Below, in pieces: positions 17,020 to 25,338 of a DNA stretch of 30,384 nt. A model generated the notes under the pieces. That model was not told the origin of the DNA, did not search any database, and saw nothing but the letters and a program-made list of their open reading frames with translations. Location: contig JAYZFK010000064.1 of assembly GCA_036336835.1 (NCBI GenBank), positions 1-30,384 on the forward strand. Reading direction: 5' to 3'. The position numbers were made by a program, and so were the translations under genes. Origin of the DNA: Myxococcota bacterium. GTDB taxonomy: Bacteria > Myxococcota_A > UBA9160 > UBA4427. The first letter of the stretch is position 1; the number at the start of each line of letters is the position of its first letter.

Positions 17020-19464
17020 ATGACCGAACGCCTGCTGCACGGAATCCGCGTCGTCGACCTGGCGGGCGAGCCCGCCGCCATGGCCGGCCGCATTCTCGCC
17101 GACCTCGGCGCCGAGGTGGTCAAGGTCGAGCCGCCCGGCGGCGACCCGCTGCGCCGCGTGGGTCCGTTCGCCGGCGCGGGGACCGAAGGCGAGCGCTCGT
17201 TGCGCTTCGCTGCCTGGAACGCGGGCAAGATCGGCCTGGTCTGCCAGGCGGACGACCCGCGTCTGGACCACCTGCTGGCCGGTAGCGACATCGTGATCCA
17301 GACACCGGGCTGGCCCGGTGTTCTCGAGGTCGATCCCGCTCGCGCTCGCCACACAGTCTGGCTGCGGGTGACTCCGTTTGGTGACGACGGACCGCGCTCG
17401 GCGTGGCGCGCCTCGGATCTCGGTGTCATGGCGGCGTCGGGCAACATGTTCAGCACCGGCTTCCCGGACCGCGCACCGGTGCGCTGCAGCGAACCGTCGG
17501 GCTACGGCCACGTGGGCCCGGAGGTGGCCTTTGCGGCCCTCACTGCCCACGCCACGGGACGACCCCAGATCGTCGATGTCTCGATGCAGGAAGTCGTGAT
17601 CCTGTCCAACATGTCTTCCGTGGCGTCCTATCCGAAGACGGGCGACCGCGGGGCTCGGCGAGGCGCTTCGATCGGACGCACACGCGAGGTCTGGAAGTGC
17701 AAGAACGGCTTCGTCACCTTCGGGCTGCGCGGTGGACCGGCTCGCGTCCCGAGCCTAAAGATCATCACGCGGCTGCTCGTCGAGAACGGCATCGAGGCGC
17801 CGGCGTGGACGGAGCGCGACTGGGCGAAGTTCAACCCGAACGACACCAGCGACGAGGAGATGGCCGCACTCGAAGAGCCGCTGGTCGAGCTGTTCGCTCG
17901 CTACGAAATGGGCGCGCTCTTCGAGATCGCGTGCGAGAGCAACCTGATGTTGGCGTCGGTCAACACGCCGCGCGAGGTCTACGCCAGCGCGCAGCTGGCG
18001 GAGCGCGAGATGTTCGCGTCCCTCGACGGTCTGGCCGGCTTCCCGACGCGGTTCGCACTGGTCACGAGTACGGACGACGAGGCCGCTCCGATCGATGCGC
18101 GGCGCGGCGCACCGCCGCTCGAGCCGGATGCGACGCACACCTCCGCGCCGCTTGCGCTCCCACACCCACTCGCGCTTCCACTCCCACTCCCACTCGCGCT
18201 CCCGCTCCCACTCCCAGACTGGGAGGCCCGCACTGCGCCCAGCCGCGCTACGAGTGGAGGGGCCTGGCAGGGCATGAAGCTCGTCGAGTTCGGCTCCGGC
18301 GCCGCCGGGCCGATCGCCGCGCGCTACTTCGCCGAGCAGGGCGCCACCGTGGTGAAGGTCGAGTCGCGCGCTCGGCCCGACTTCCTGCGCATCTACGCAC
18401 TCGGGCCGGGCAATCCCCACGGCCTGGAGGGTTCGCCGCTCTTCAATGCGCTCAACGTTGGCAAGCGCAGCATCACACTCAACCTGAAGGACGCCAAGGG
18501 ACTCGAGATCGCGCGAAAGCTGATGTACTGGTCCGACGCCGTGCTCGAGAACTTCGCGCCGAAGGCGATGCGCGGCTTCGGCCTCGACTACGACAGGGTC
18601 GCGGCCGACAAGCCGGATCTGGTGATGGTCTCGTCGTGCATGAACGGGCAGACCGGGCCCGACCGCAACTACCCCGGCTTCGGCGCCCAGGGCTCCGCCC
18701 TCGCCTGCTTCAACCATCTGACGGGCTGGGCCGATCGCGAGCCGGTGGGGCCGTTCGCCACGATCACCGACTCGATGTCGCCGCGCTTCTCGGCGACCGC
18801 CATCGCAGCGGGGGTCCTCTACCGGCGACGCACCGGACGCGGGGTTCACATCGACGTGTCGCAGGTCGAGAACGCGCTGTTCACCCTGTCCCCGTGGCTG
18901 ATGGACTACGCGGTCAACGGCAACATCACCGGACGCATCGGCAACCGCTCGCTGCGCGCCGCCCCCCACGGCGCCTTCCCGTGCCTGCCGGAAGCGGAGA
19001 TCGACGATCGCTGGGTGGCGATCGCGGTGTGGAGCGACGAAGAGTGGGCGAAGTTGGCGTCGATCATCGGCCTGACGGACCCCGCGCTGGCCACCACGCA
19101 AGCGCGGCTCGCACGCGTCGACGAGGTCGAGGCGGCGCTGGCCGCGTGGACTCGCGAGCGGACGCGCGCGGCGGTGGCCGACACGCTGCAGTCCGCCGGC
19201 ATCGAGGCCGTGCCAGTATCGGATTTCGGCGACCTCGACGCAGACCCGCAGCTTGCGCACCGCGCTCACTTCCTGCATCTCGAGCACACGGTCATCGGCA
19301 GCTCCCTGTACGAGCGGAACGGCTTCCGGCTGAGCGACGCGCCCAGCACCTATCCCCACGCGACGCCCGCGCTCGGACAACACACGGAGAACGTCCTCCG
19401 CGAGTTGCTGGAACTGCCAGCCGCAGAGGTGACAGCGCTCCAAGAGGCCGGCGCCCTCGATTGA
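17020..19464 (+). CDS. Fused two-domain family III (CaiB/BaiF) CoA-transferase
   Basis: Two copies of the fold: LHGIRVVDL...LADLGAEVVKVEPPGGD and WQGMKLVEF...GATVVKVES...NVGKRSITLNLK...ENFAP...TITD...PALGQHT. Confidence 0.93.
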   Translation: MTERLLHGIRVVDLAGEPAAMAGRILADLGAEVVKVEPPGGDPLRRVGPFAGAGTEGERSLRFAAWNAGKIGLVCQADDPRLDHLLAGSDIVIQTPGWPGVLEVDPARARHTVWLRVTPFGDDGPRSAWRASDLGVMAASGNMFSTGFPDRAPVRCSEPSGYGHVGPEVAFAALTAHATGRPQIVDVSMQEVVILSNMSSVASYPKTGDRGARRGASIGRTREVWKCKNGFVTFGLRGGPARVPSLKIITRLLVENGIEAPAWTERDWAKFNPNDTSDEEMAALEEPLVELFARYEMGALFEIACESNLMLASVNTPREVYASAQLAEREMFASLDGLAGFPTRFALVTSTDDEAAPIDARRGAPPLEPDATHTSAPLALPHPLALPLPLPLALPLPLPDWEARTAPSRATSGGAWQGMKLVEFGSGAAGPIAARYFAEQGATVVKVESRARPDFLRIYALGPGNPHGLEGSPLFNALNVGKRSITLNLKDAKGLEIARKLMYWSDAVLENFAPKAMRGFGLDYDRVAADKPDLVMVSSCMNGQTGPDRNYPGFGAQGSALACFNHLTGWADREPVGPFATITDSMSPRFSATAIAAGVLYRRRTGRGVHIDVSQVENALFTLSPWLMDYAVNGNITGRIGNRSLRAAPHGAFPCLPEAEIDDRWVAIAVWSDEEWAKLASIIGLTDPALATTQARLARVDEVEAALAAWTRERTRAAVADTLQSAGIEAVPVSDFGDLDADPQLAHRAHFLHLEHTVIGSSLYERNGFRLSDAPSTYPHATPALGQHTENVLRELLELPAAEVTALQEAGALD
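18151..18216. repeat. Hexamer-based tandem repeat (CTCCCA/CTCGCG) encoding a Leu-Pro linker
   Basis: ctt gcg ctc cca cac cca / ctc gcg ctt cca ctc cca ctc cca / ctc gcg ctc ccg ctc cca ctc cca = LALPHP LALPLPLP LALPLPLP, between the two CoA-transferase domains. Confidence 0.9.
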
Positions 19465-19488
19465 GCTCGCGTGCGGACGGAGAACGTC

Positions 19489-20415
19489 TTGAAGATCCTG
19501 AGCCACATTCATCCCCGCCTGCTCGAATCCGCGTGCCAGGCGTTTCCCGACATCGAAGTGATCCAGATCCCCCAGGAGGGAGAGCTCCCGGAGCACGTCG
19601 AGGGCGAGGTACTGCTGACCCAGGCGTGGGGCAGCCCCAATCTCGCCGAGTGCGTGAAGCGCGGCGTGCGCTGGATCCACACCTTCGGCACCGGGGTCAA
19701 CGCCTTTCCCTTCGATCAGGTGGGAGACGCGGTGCTGACCTGCGCGCGCGGTGCGAGCGCAATTCCCATCTCGGAGTGGGTGCTGGCCGTCATGCTGGCG
19801 TTCGAGAAGCAGCTGCCGGACAGCTGGATCAGCCAGCCGCCGGAACGCTGGAACATGGCCGAGCTCGGCGGTCTGCGCGGGCGGACGCTGGGACTGATCG
19901 GGCTGGGCGGCATCGGCGAAGCCATCGCGACGCGCGCACTGGCCTTCGACATGCGCGTCCTGGCGCATCGACGAACCGGACGACCGAGCGAGATCGACGG
20001 CGTCTCGGTCGTGCCGGATCTGCACACGCTGCTCGAGGCCACCGACCACCTGGTGCTGGCCGCGGCGGCGACACCCGAGACCCGTCACATCGTGAACCGC
20101 GAGTCGCTGGGCCGGGTGAAGCCGGGGGTGCATCTGGTCAACATCGCGCGCGGTGAGCTGGTGGACCAGGACGCGCTGCGCGAGGCGCTCGATGCGGGCC
20201 GCGTCGCGTGTGCGTCGCTCGACTGCGTCGATCCCGAGCCGCTGCCCGACGACCACTGGCTCTACAGCCATCCCAGGGTGCGCCTGAGCCCGCACACATC
20301 CTGGGCGATGCCGGGTGCGCTCAAAACGATCAGCGACACCTTCACCGAGAACCTGCGCCGCTTCCGCGCGGGCGAGCCGCTCGAGGGTGTGGTCGACGTG
20401 AAGCAGGGCTACTGA
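19489..20415 (+). CDS. D-isomer-specific 2-hydroxyacid dehydrogenase family protein
   Basis: GLIGLGGIG, TPETRHIVN, VNIARGELVD, LDCVDPEPL, SPH (Arg/Glu/His triad). TTG 19489 has GGAGA upstream; GTG 19471 is the alternative start. Confidence 0.92.
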   Translation: MKILSHIHPRLLESACQAFPDIEVIQIPQEGELPEHVEGEVLLTQAWGSPNLAECVKRGVRWIHTFGTGVNAFPFDQVGDAVLTCARGASAIPISEWVLAVMLAFEKQLPDSWISQPPERWNMAELGGLRGRTLGLIGLGGIGEAIATRALAFDMRVLAHRRTGRPSEIDGVSVVPDLHTLLEATDHLVLAAAATPETRHIVNRESLGRVKPGVHLVNIARGELVDQDALREALDAGRVACASLDCVDPEPLPDDHWLYSHPRVRLSPHTSWAMPGALKTISDTFTENLRRFRAGEPLEGVVDVKQGY

Positions 20416-20462
20416 GCTTCGAGCGGAGCGCGACTCCGCACGACAAGAACGAGGAGGACACG

Positions 20463-20987
20463 ATGGCGCGCATTGATCTGGCACCCGGTGACGCAGAGGA
20501 AACCCAGCGGCTCTTCGAGCTCGCCCCACACGTCGGCAGGCCGGCGGCGGCACTCGCCTGGGCGGTCTACGACGACAGCCAGCTCTCGGTGCGGCTGCGC
20601 GAGCTGATGCGCATGCGCATCGCGCAGATCAACGAATGCCACGTCTGACTCGACACGCGCGCGGCGCAGTTGGCGCCGCACGAGCTCTCCGAGGAGCTCT
20701 ATCAGAACGTCTCCGCGTGGCGAACCTGGCCGGACTACTCCGACGCGGAGCGCGTGGCCATCGAGTACGCGGAGAAGTTCGCAACCGACCACACGGCACT
20801 CGACGACGCCTTCTTCGAGCGCATGCGCAAACACTTCACGGATCAGGAAATCTTCGAGATCTCCGTCTGTGTCGGCACCTGGTTGACGATGGGGCGCATC
20901 ACCATGGTGATGGACGTCGAAGTCTCCTGCCCGATTCGGCTGGCGCTCGACGAGCCGGCGCACCGGCGCGAGGGAGCCTCTCCGTGA
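20463..20987 (+). CDS. AhpD/carboxymuconolactone decarboxylase-like protein with in-frame UGA (CxxU), probable selenoprotein, 174 aa
   Basis: GAGGAGG RBS, ATG 20463; ...LRELMRMRIAQINE-TGC(C59)-CAC-GTC-TGA(codon 62, 20646-20648)-LDTRAAQLAPHELSEE...YSDAERVAIEYAEKF...HFTDQEIFEI... The same frame stays open to TGA 20985-20987, and both halves carry AhpD/CMD motifs. Confidence 0.88.
20649..20684 (+). promoter_or_regulatory. Candidate bacterial SECIS element
   Basis: GCGGCGC (20661-20667) / loop AGTTG / GCGCCGC (20673-20679): perfect 7-bp stem; 19 nt lie between the UGA and the loop, which has GU at positions 2-3. Lower pairing CTCG (20649-52) / CGAG (20681-84) is possible. Confidence 0.7.
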
Positions 20988-21457
20988 CCGTGCAGCGCCT
21001 GACCCACCTGGGCATCTGTGTCTCGGACCTCGAGCGCTCGGTCGCCTTCTACTGCGACGTCTTCGGCCTGGAGGAGGTGGGCCGCCTCGAGCCCGACGTC
21101 GCGGCAACCAGCCAGATTCTCGAGATTCCCGGAGCGAAGCTGCAGGCCGTCTATCTCGAGCGCGACGGCTGGCGCATCGAGCTGCTCTACTTCTCCTCGC
21201 CGGGACACACGGGCAGCGACGCTCCCCGGCCGGTCAACCGGCTGGGCCTGACGCACCTGTCGTTCCGCGTCCAGGACCTGGCGACCATCACGAGCCGCGT
21301 GGAGGCCGCCGGCGGCCGCGTGCTCGAGAACAGCCGCCTCGCGCTGGGAGACGACTCGGGCGCGTTGTTCGTCGTCGACCCCGACGGCACGCGCATCGAG
21401 CTGATCGATGCCCCCGGCGACCCGGCCGCACTGCCCGGCAGCGAGCGACCGCAATAG
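20984..21457 (+). CDS. VOC family protein (glyoxalase I / methylmalonyl-CoA epimerase-like)
   Basis: GTG 20984 (GTGA overlap); THLGICVSDLERS, RIELLYF, THLSFRV, DPDGTRIEL: full His/Glu/His/Glu metal set. Confidence 0.9.
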   Translation: MTVQRLTHLGICVSDLERSVAFYCDVFGLEEVGRLEPDVAATSQILEIPGAKLQAVYLERDGWRIELLYFSSPGHTGSDAPRPVNRLGLTHLSFRVQDLATITSRVEAAGGRVLENSRLALGDDSGALFVVDPDGTRIELIDAPGDPAALPGSERPQ

Positions 21458-21467
21458 CGCGCCTGGC

Positions 21468-23111
21468 TCAGCCGGGCTCGCTCTCGGCAACCCGCTCGCC
21501 GAGGATCCGCGCCAGCTCGGCCTTCTGGATCTTCCCGCTGTCGGTGAACGGAAGCTCGTCGCGCGTGCAGAAGAAGACGTGGCGCGGCAGCTTGTAGGCG
21601 GACAGCTCGTTGCGAAGACGCAGCCGCAACTCATCCGGGCTCAGCGCCGCGCCCTCGTTGAGCACGATGGCCGCCGCCACGTTCTGGCCGCGGTGCGGGT
21701 GCGGCACGCCGACGACGAAGCAGGACTGCACCTCGGGCTGCTCCTCGACGACGACCTCCACCTCGCGCGGCGTCACGTTGGCACCGCCAGTCTTGATCAT
21801 CTCGCCCAGCCGCGCCTTGAAGAACAGGTACCCCTCGGCATCGAAGTGGCCAGCGTCGCCGGTGTGATAGAAGCCGTCGGCGTCGAACACGTCCTCGCGC
21901 TCGCGCTTGTACAGGCCCTGCATCAGGTTGCGTCCGCGCACGCAGATCTCGCCGTGCTCGCCCGGCGCGAGGATCTCGCCCGTCTCCGGGTCGATCACCT
22001 TGTGCTCGACGCCCTCGACCGCGCGCCCGAACGAGCCGCGCAGTGACTCGGGCAGGTCGACGTCCATGCGGTCATAGGTGTGCGGACCGCAGGTCTCGGT
22101 CATGCCCAGCGAGTTCGAGCGCAGCTGCATATCCGGCGGACTCTCCCCTTGGGCGAGCTGCTCCGGGAAGCTGCTGTTCAGCGAAGACAGGTCGCGCCGC
22201 GCAAAGTCCGGGTGATCGCGCATCGCCTGCATGTACTGGGGCCAGCCCAGGGCCGACGTGGCGCGCTCGCGCTCGAGCATGGCCAGCGTCTCGCCGGGCT
22301 CGAAGGCGTCCTGGCACAGCAGCGAGGCACCCACGTTCATGTTCTGCAACAGGCTGACGACCAGCCCACCCACCCAGAAGAACGGCATCGGCGACCAGAT
22401 CCGATCGTCGGGCGTAGCGTCGCGGTAGCGGTTCAGGCCGTGAGCCTGGCGCAGCATGACGCCGTGCGTGTGGACTGCGCCCTTCGGCTCGGCGGTGCTG
22501 CCCGAGCTGTAGATCACCACCAGCGCGTCCGCAGGACAGACCGCCGCCTCGACCTCGCGCAGCAAGGCGGCGTCGATCCCCGGCTGCGCGTCCCCGGCCT
22601 CGCGCAGGGCGTCCACCGAGCTCGCCCAGGCGCGCGGATCGCCGCCGAACACGAACACCTGGCGCAGACAGGGGAGCTCGGGGCAGGCCAGGATCTGGCG
22701 ACTCGCCTTCTGGCTGCGAAGACTCGGCGCGCACTGCTCGAGCCGCTCCTGGTAATCGTGCGAGAGCAGGCGCGCGGTCGTCAGCAGGGTGTGGATGTCG
22801 GCGTGCCGCAGCGTCCAGCCGAGCTCGCGCGCCTGGTAGAAGGTGTTGATCGGCACGACCAGCGCACCGATCCGCGCCGCCGCCAGCCAGCTGATCACCC
22901 AGTCCGGTCCGTTGCCAAACAGCACGCCCACGCGCGTGCCCTTGCCGACGCCGCGGGCCAGCAGGCCGCACGCCAGCCGCGCCGACTCGGCTTCGGCCTC
23001 GGCGTAGCCGAGGCGCCGCTCGCCGAGTGAGATCAGCCGGCGCTCGCCAAAGCGCTCGGTCACGTGTCGCAGGAACTGCGGAACAGTGGGCTCGAAGTCG
23101 AGGGGGGGCAT
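21468..23111 (-). CDS. Acyl-CoA synthetase (AMP-forming)
   Basis: ATG 23111; YSSGSTAEPKG, LGMTE, GEICVRG, FYHTGD, IKTGGANV, LSAYKLP, SGKIQK. Confidence 0.93.
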   Translation of the reverse strand: MPPLDFEPTVPQFLRHVTERFGERRLISLGERRLGYAEAEAESARLACGLLARGVGKGTRVGVLFGNGPDWVISWLAAARIGALVVPINTFYQARELGWTLRHADIHTLLTTARLLSHDYQERLEQCAPSLRSQKASRQILACPELPCLRQVFVFGGDPRAWASSVDALREAGDAQPGIDAALLREVEAAVCPADALVVIYSSGSTAEPKGAVHTHGVMLRQAHGLNRYRDATPDDRIWSPMPFFWVGGLVVSLLQNMNVGASLLCQDAFEPGETLAMLERERATSALGWPQYMQAMRDHPDFARRDLSSLNSSFPEQLAQGESPPDMQLRSNSLGMTETCGPHTYDRMDVDLPESLRGSFGRAVEGVEHKVIDPETGEILAPGEHGEICVRGRNLMQGLYKREREDVFDADGFYHTGDAGHFDAEGYLFFKARLGEMIKTGGANVTPREVEVVVEEQPEVQSCFVVGVPHPHRGQNVAAAIVLNEGAALSPDELRLRLRNELSAYKLPRHVFFCTRDELPFTDSGKIQKAELARILGERVAESEPG

Positions 23112-23131
23112 GGCTCGGCGGTCCGCTCCTG

Positions 23132-24613
23132 TCAGGCGCTCGGATCGTGCGCGCCGACGATCAGCTCCGCGATTCGTTTGCGGCTGACCTTCCACAACGC
23201 CGTGTGCGGGATCTCCCGGACGAAGACGATCTGCTCGGGCAGCTTGAAGCGTGCCAGGTGTTTGCGGCAGTGGTCAATCAGCTCGTTCCGGGTGAGATCC
23301 CGGCCCGGGACGCGCACGATCGCAGCTCCGACTCGCTCGCCGAGCTCGGGATCGGCGATCCCCGCAACGGCCACGTCCGCCACGCCGGGGTGCCGGCGCA
23401 ACGCGCTCTCGATCTCGACCGGGCCGAACTTCTCGCCGCCGCGGTTGATCGTGTCGGACAGGCGCCCGACGGGATACAGGTAGCCCTGCTCGTCGATGCG
23501 AATCAGGTCGCCGGTCCGGTTCCACCCCGCCACGGCGTTGAACGCCGAGCGCACCCACAGCTCGCCGACCTCTCCCGGCGGCACATCGCGCTGGCTCTCG
23601 GGGTCGACCAGGCGGTGCTCGACGCCGGGCACCAGCTTGCCCACCGAGCCCGCTCGTCGCAGGTGACCCGCGTCGTCGAGCACGTGGTCCCGGGGTCCGA
23701 AGCTGGTGATCGCGCCGGTGGTCTCGGTCTGACCGTAGACGTTCGAGAAGGCCACCCCGTCCGGAAAACGGCGAATCATCTCTTCGACCATCTCGACCGG
23801 CGCGGCCGCGGCGCCGTAGCTCACCGCGCGCAGCGACGAGAGGTCGGTCGCGTCGAAGTCCGGGTGATCGAGGATGCGGCGCAGCATGGTGGGGACCAGG
23901 AAGACCATGTTGATGCGCTGCCGTTCGACCTGCTGCAGCCACTCTCCCGCCTTGAAGCGCTGCATGATGACGAGCGTGTTGCCGCCGGCGAGACCGACCA
24001 GCAAGCCCCCCAGCCCGCCGATGTGAACTCCCGGGACGCACAGCAAGCTGCGCGCGTAGGGCGCGTCGGCATCGAACGCGCCCGCGAAGCCCGACATGCG
24101 CGGTGTGAAGGTGCGGTGGCTGAAGCCGATCGGCTTGGGCAAGCCCGTCGTCCCACTGGTCAGCAGCTTGACGCAGAGCTGGTCGAGGTCGCCACACACC
24201 GCAGGCGTCTCCAGCTCGGGCCGCGTGTCGAGCAAGTCGCCAACGCCGAGAGCGGGGCGACCCAGGGCCGCAGAGAGCTTCTCGCGATAGGGCTCGCCCG
24301 CGATCCCCAGCGAGCCGCAGTCCGAGCCCCGCAGCACCTCGGCCAGCTCTTCGAGCTGCAGCTCGACGTGGATGGGCACCGCCGCAGCGCCGATGCGCGC
24401 CGCACCCAGGATCGCCGCGAGCAGCAGCGGGCTGCAGTCGTCGAGCAGCGCGACACTGTCCCCGGGGCCGACGCCCCGCTGGCAAAGGTGCGCAGCGCAA
24501 CGCTCGACCGCTTCGCCCACCTGGCCGTAGGTCATCTCCTGGCCGGCGACCCGCAGTGCGGTCCGCTCCGGCACCCGGCGCACCGGCTCGCGAATCAGCT
24601 CGACGAGATTCAT
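23132..24613 (-). CDS. Acyl-CoA synthetase (AMP-forming)
   Basis: ATG 24613; LTSGTTGLPK, YGQTE, GELWVR, RTGD, GRLSDTINRGGE, LARFKLPE. Confidence 0.93.
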   Translation of the reverse strand: MNLVELIREPVRRVPERTALRVAGQEMTYGQVGEAVERCAAHLCQRGVGPGDSVALLDDCSPLLLAAILGAARIGAAAVPIHVELQLEELAEVLRGSDCGSLGIAGEPYREKLSAALGRPALGVGDLLDTRPELETPAVCGDLDQLCVKLLTSGTTGLPKPIGFSHRTFTPRMSGFAGAFDADAPYARSLLCVPGVHIGGLGGLLVGLAGGNTLVIMQRFKAGEWLQQVERQRINMVFLVPTMLRRILDHPDFDATDLSSLRAVSYGAAAAPVEMVEEMIRRFPDGVAFSNVYGQTETTGAITSFGPRDHVLDDAGHLRRAGSVGKLVPGVEHRLVDPESQRDVPPGEVGELWVRSAFNAVAGWNRTGDLIRIDEQGYLYPVGRLSDTINRGGEKFGPVEIESALRRHPGVADVAVAGIADPELGERVGAAIVRVPGRDLTRNELIDHCRKHLARFKLPEQIVFVREIPHTALWKVSRKRIAELIVGAHDPSA

Positions 24614-24615
24614 GC

Positions 24616-25326
24616 TCAGAAGCGCGGCGACCAGCTGGAAGTACGCAGCAGACGGCTCTGCCACTGGTCGCGCAACGCCAGGGCGTCGAGCATCCAGCGA
24701 CCGGGCTGCTTGAAGCTCTTGGGCATCTCGTCCGTGATCAGGTGCAGCAGACCATCGGGCCGGAGCACCCGCTGCCACAACACGATCTCGCGCCGCTGGT
24801 GACTGCCGTAGGCGGTGCGATAGGACGCCTCGATCTCGAGCAGCTTCGGGGTGTCCGGAAAGCTCTTGTCGTACTCGGTCGAGTACTGCTCGCCCGAACG
24901 CCGGATGTACTCCTCGAGCTTGCCCTCGAAGGGCCAGACGGTGTCTTCCATGAACAGCGAGAGCTCGTGCTCGCCGGGCTCGGTCGGCACCTCCTCGATC
25001 TCGATCTGCTGGAGCTTCGACCACGGCAGCGGCAACAGCTGCTTCGAAGTGACGTCGTGGCGCAGGTCGTCGAGCTTGCTGGCCAGGCTCGCCAGATCGC
25101 CGCCGTGGACGCGGTCGACCAGACGGCCCCAGGCGGCGCCGTCGCGCAGCAGCGTATAGGTCACCACCCGATAGGCCAGGCCCGAGCCATGCACGAGGTG
25201 CGCGTAGTACAGCAGGCGTGCGTCATCGCTCTTGGCGAGAGCCGGCATCCACTCGTCGCGCACCGCCTGCTCGAAGTCGTCTTCCTCGAGCCCGATCACA
25301 CTGTGCTCTTCGCGTAGCAGCAACAT
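24616..25326 (-). CDS. Hypothetical protein, probable tandem NIPSNAP-like dimeric alpha-beta barrel
   Basis: Fills the gap between P450 and ligase with GGGGAG RBS; two ~110-aa halves with similar layout (EEHSV.G.EEDDFE...TSKQLLPLPWS / EDTVWP.EGKLEEY...QSRLLRTSSWS). Confidence 0.6.
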   Translation of the reverse strand: MLLLREEHSVIGLEEDDFEQAVRDEWMPALAKSDDARLLYYAHLVHGSGLAYRVVTYTLLRDGAAWGRLVDRVHGGDLASLASKLDDLRHDVTSKQLLPLPWSKLQQIEIEEVPTEPGEHELSLFMEDTVWPFEGKLEEYIRRSGEQYSTEYDKSFPDTPKLLEIEASYRTAYGSHQRREIVLWQRVLRPDGLLHLITDEMPKSFKQPGRWMLDALALRDQWQSRLLRTSSWSPRF

Positions 25327-25338
25327 CGCAGTCTCCCC

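Noticed and set aside
20670..20987. Independent 105-aa gene starting at TTG 20670, or a nonsense pseudogene
   Set aside because: No RBS, the start lies in the hairpin loop, and it would be half a CMD fold. A stop exactly at the redox Cys plus a SECIS-like stem favours recoding, though a nonsense mutation cannot be excluded from this window alone.
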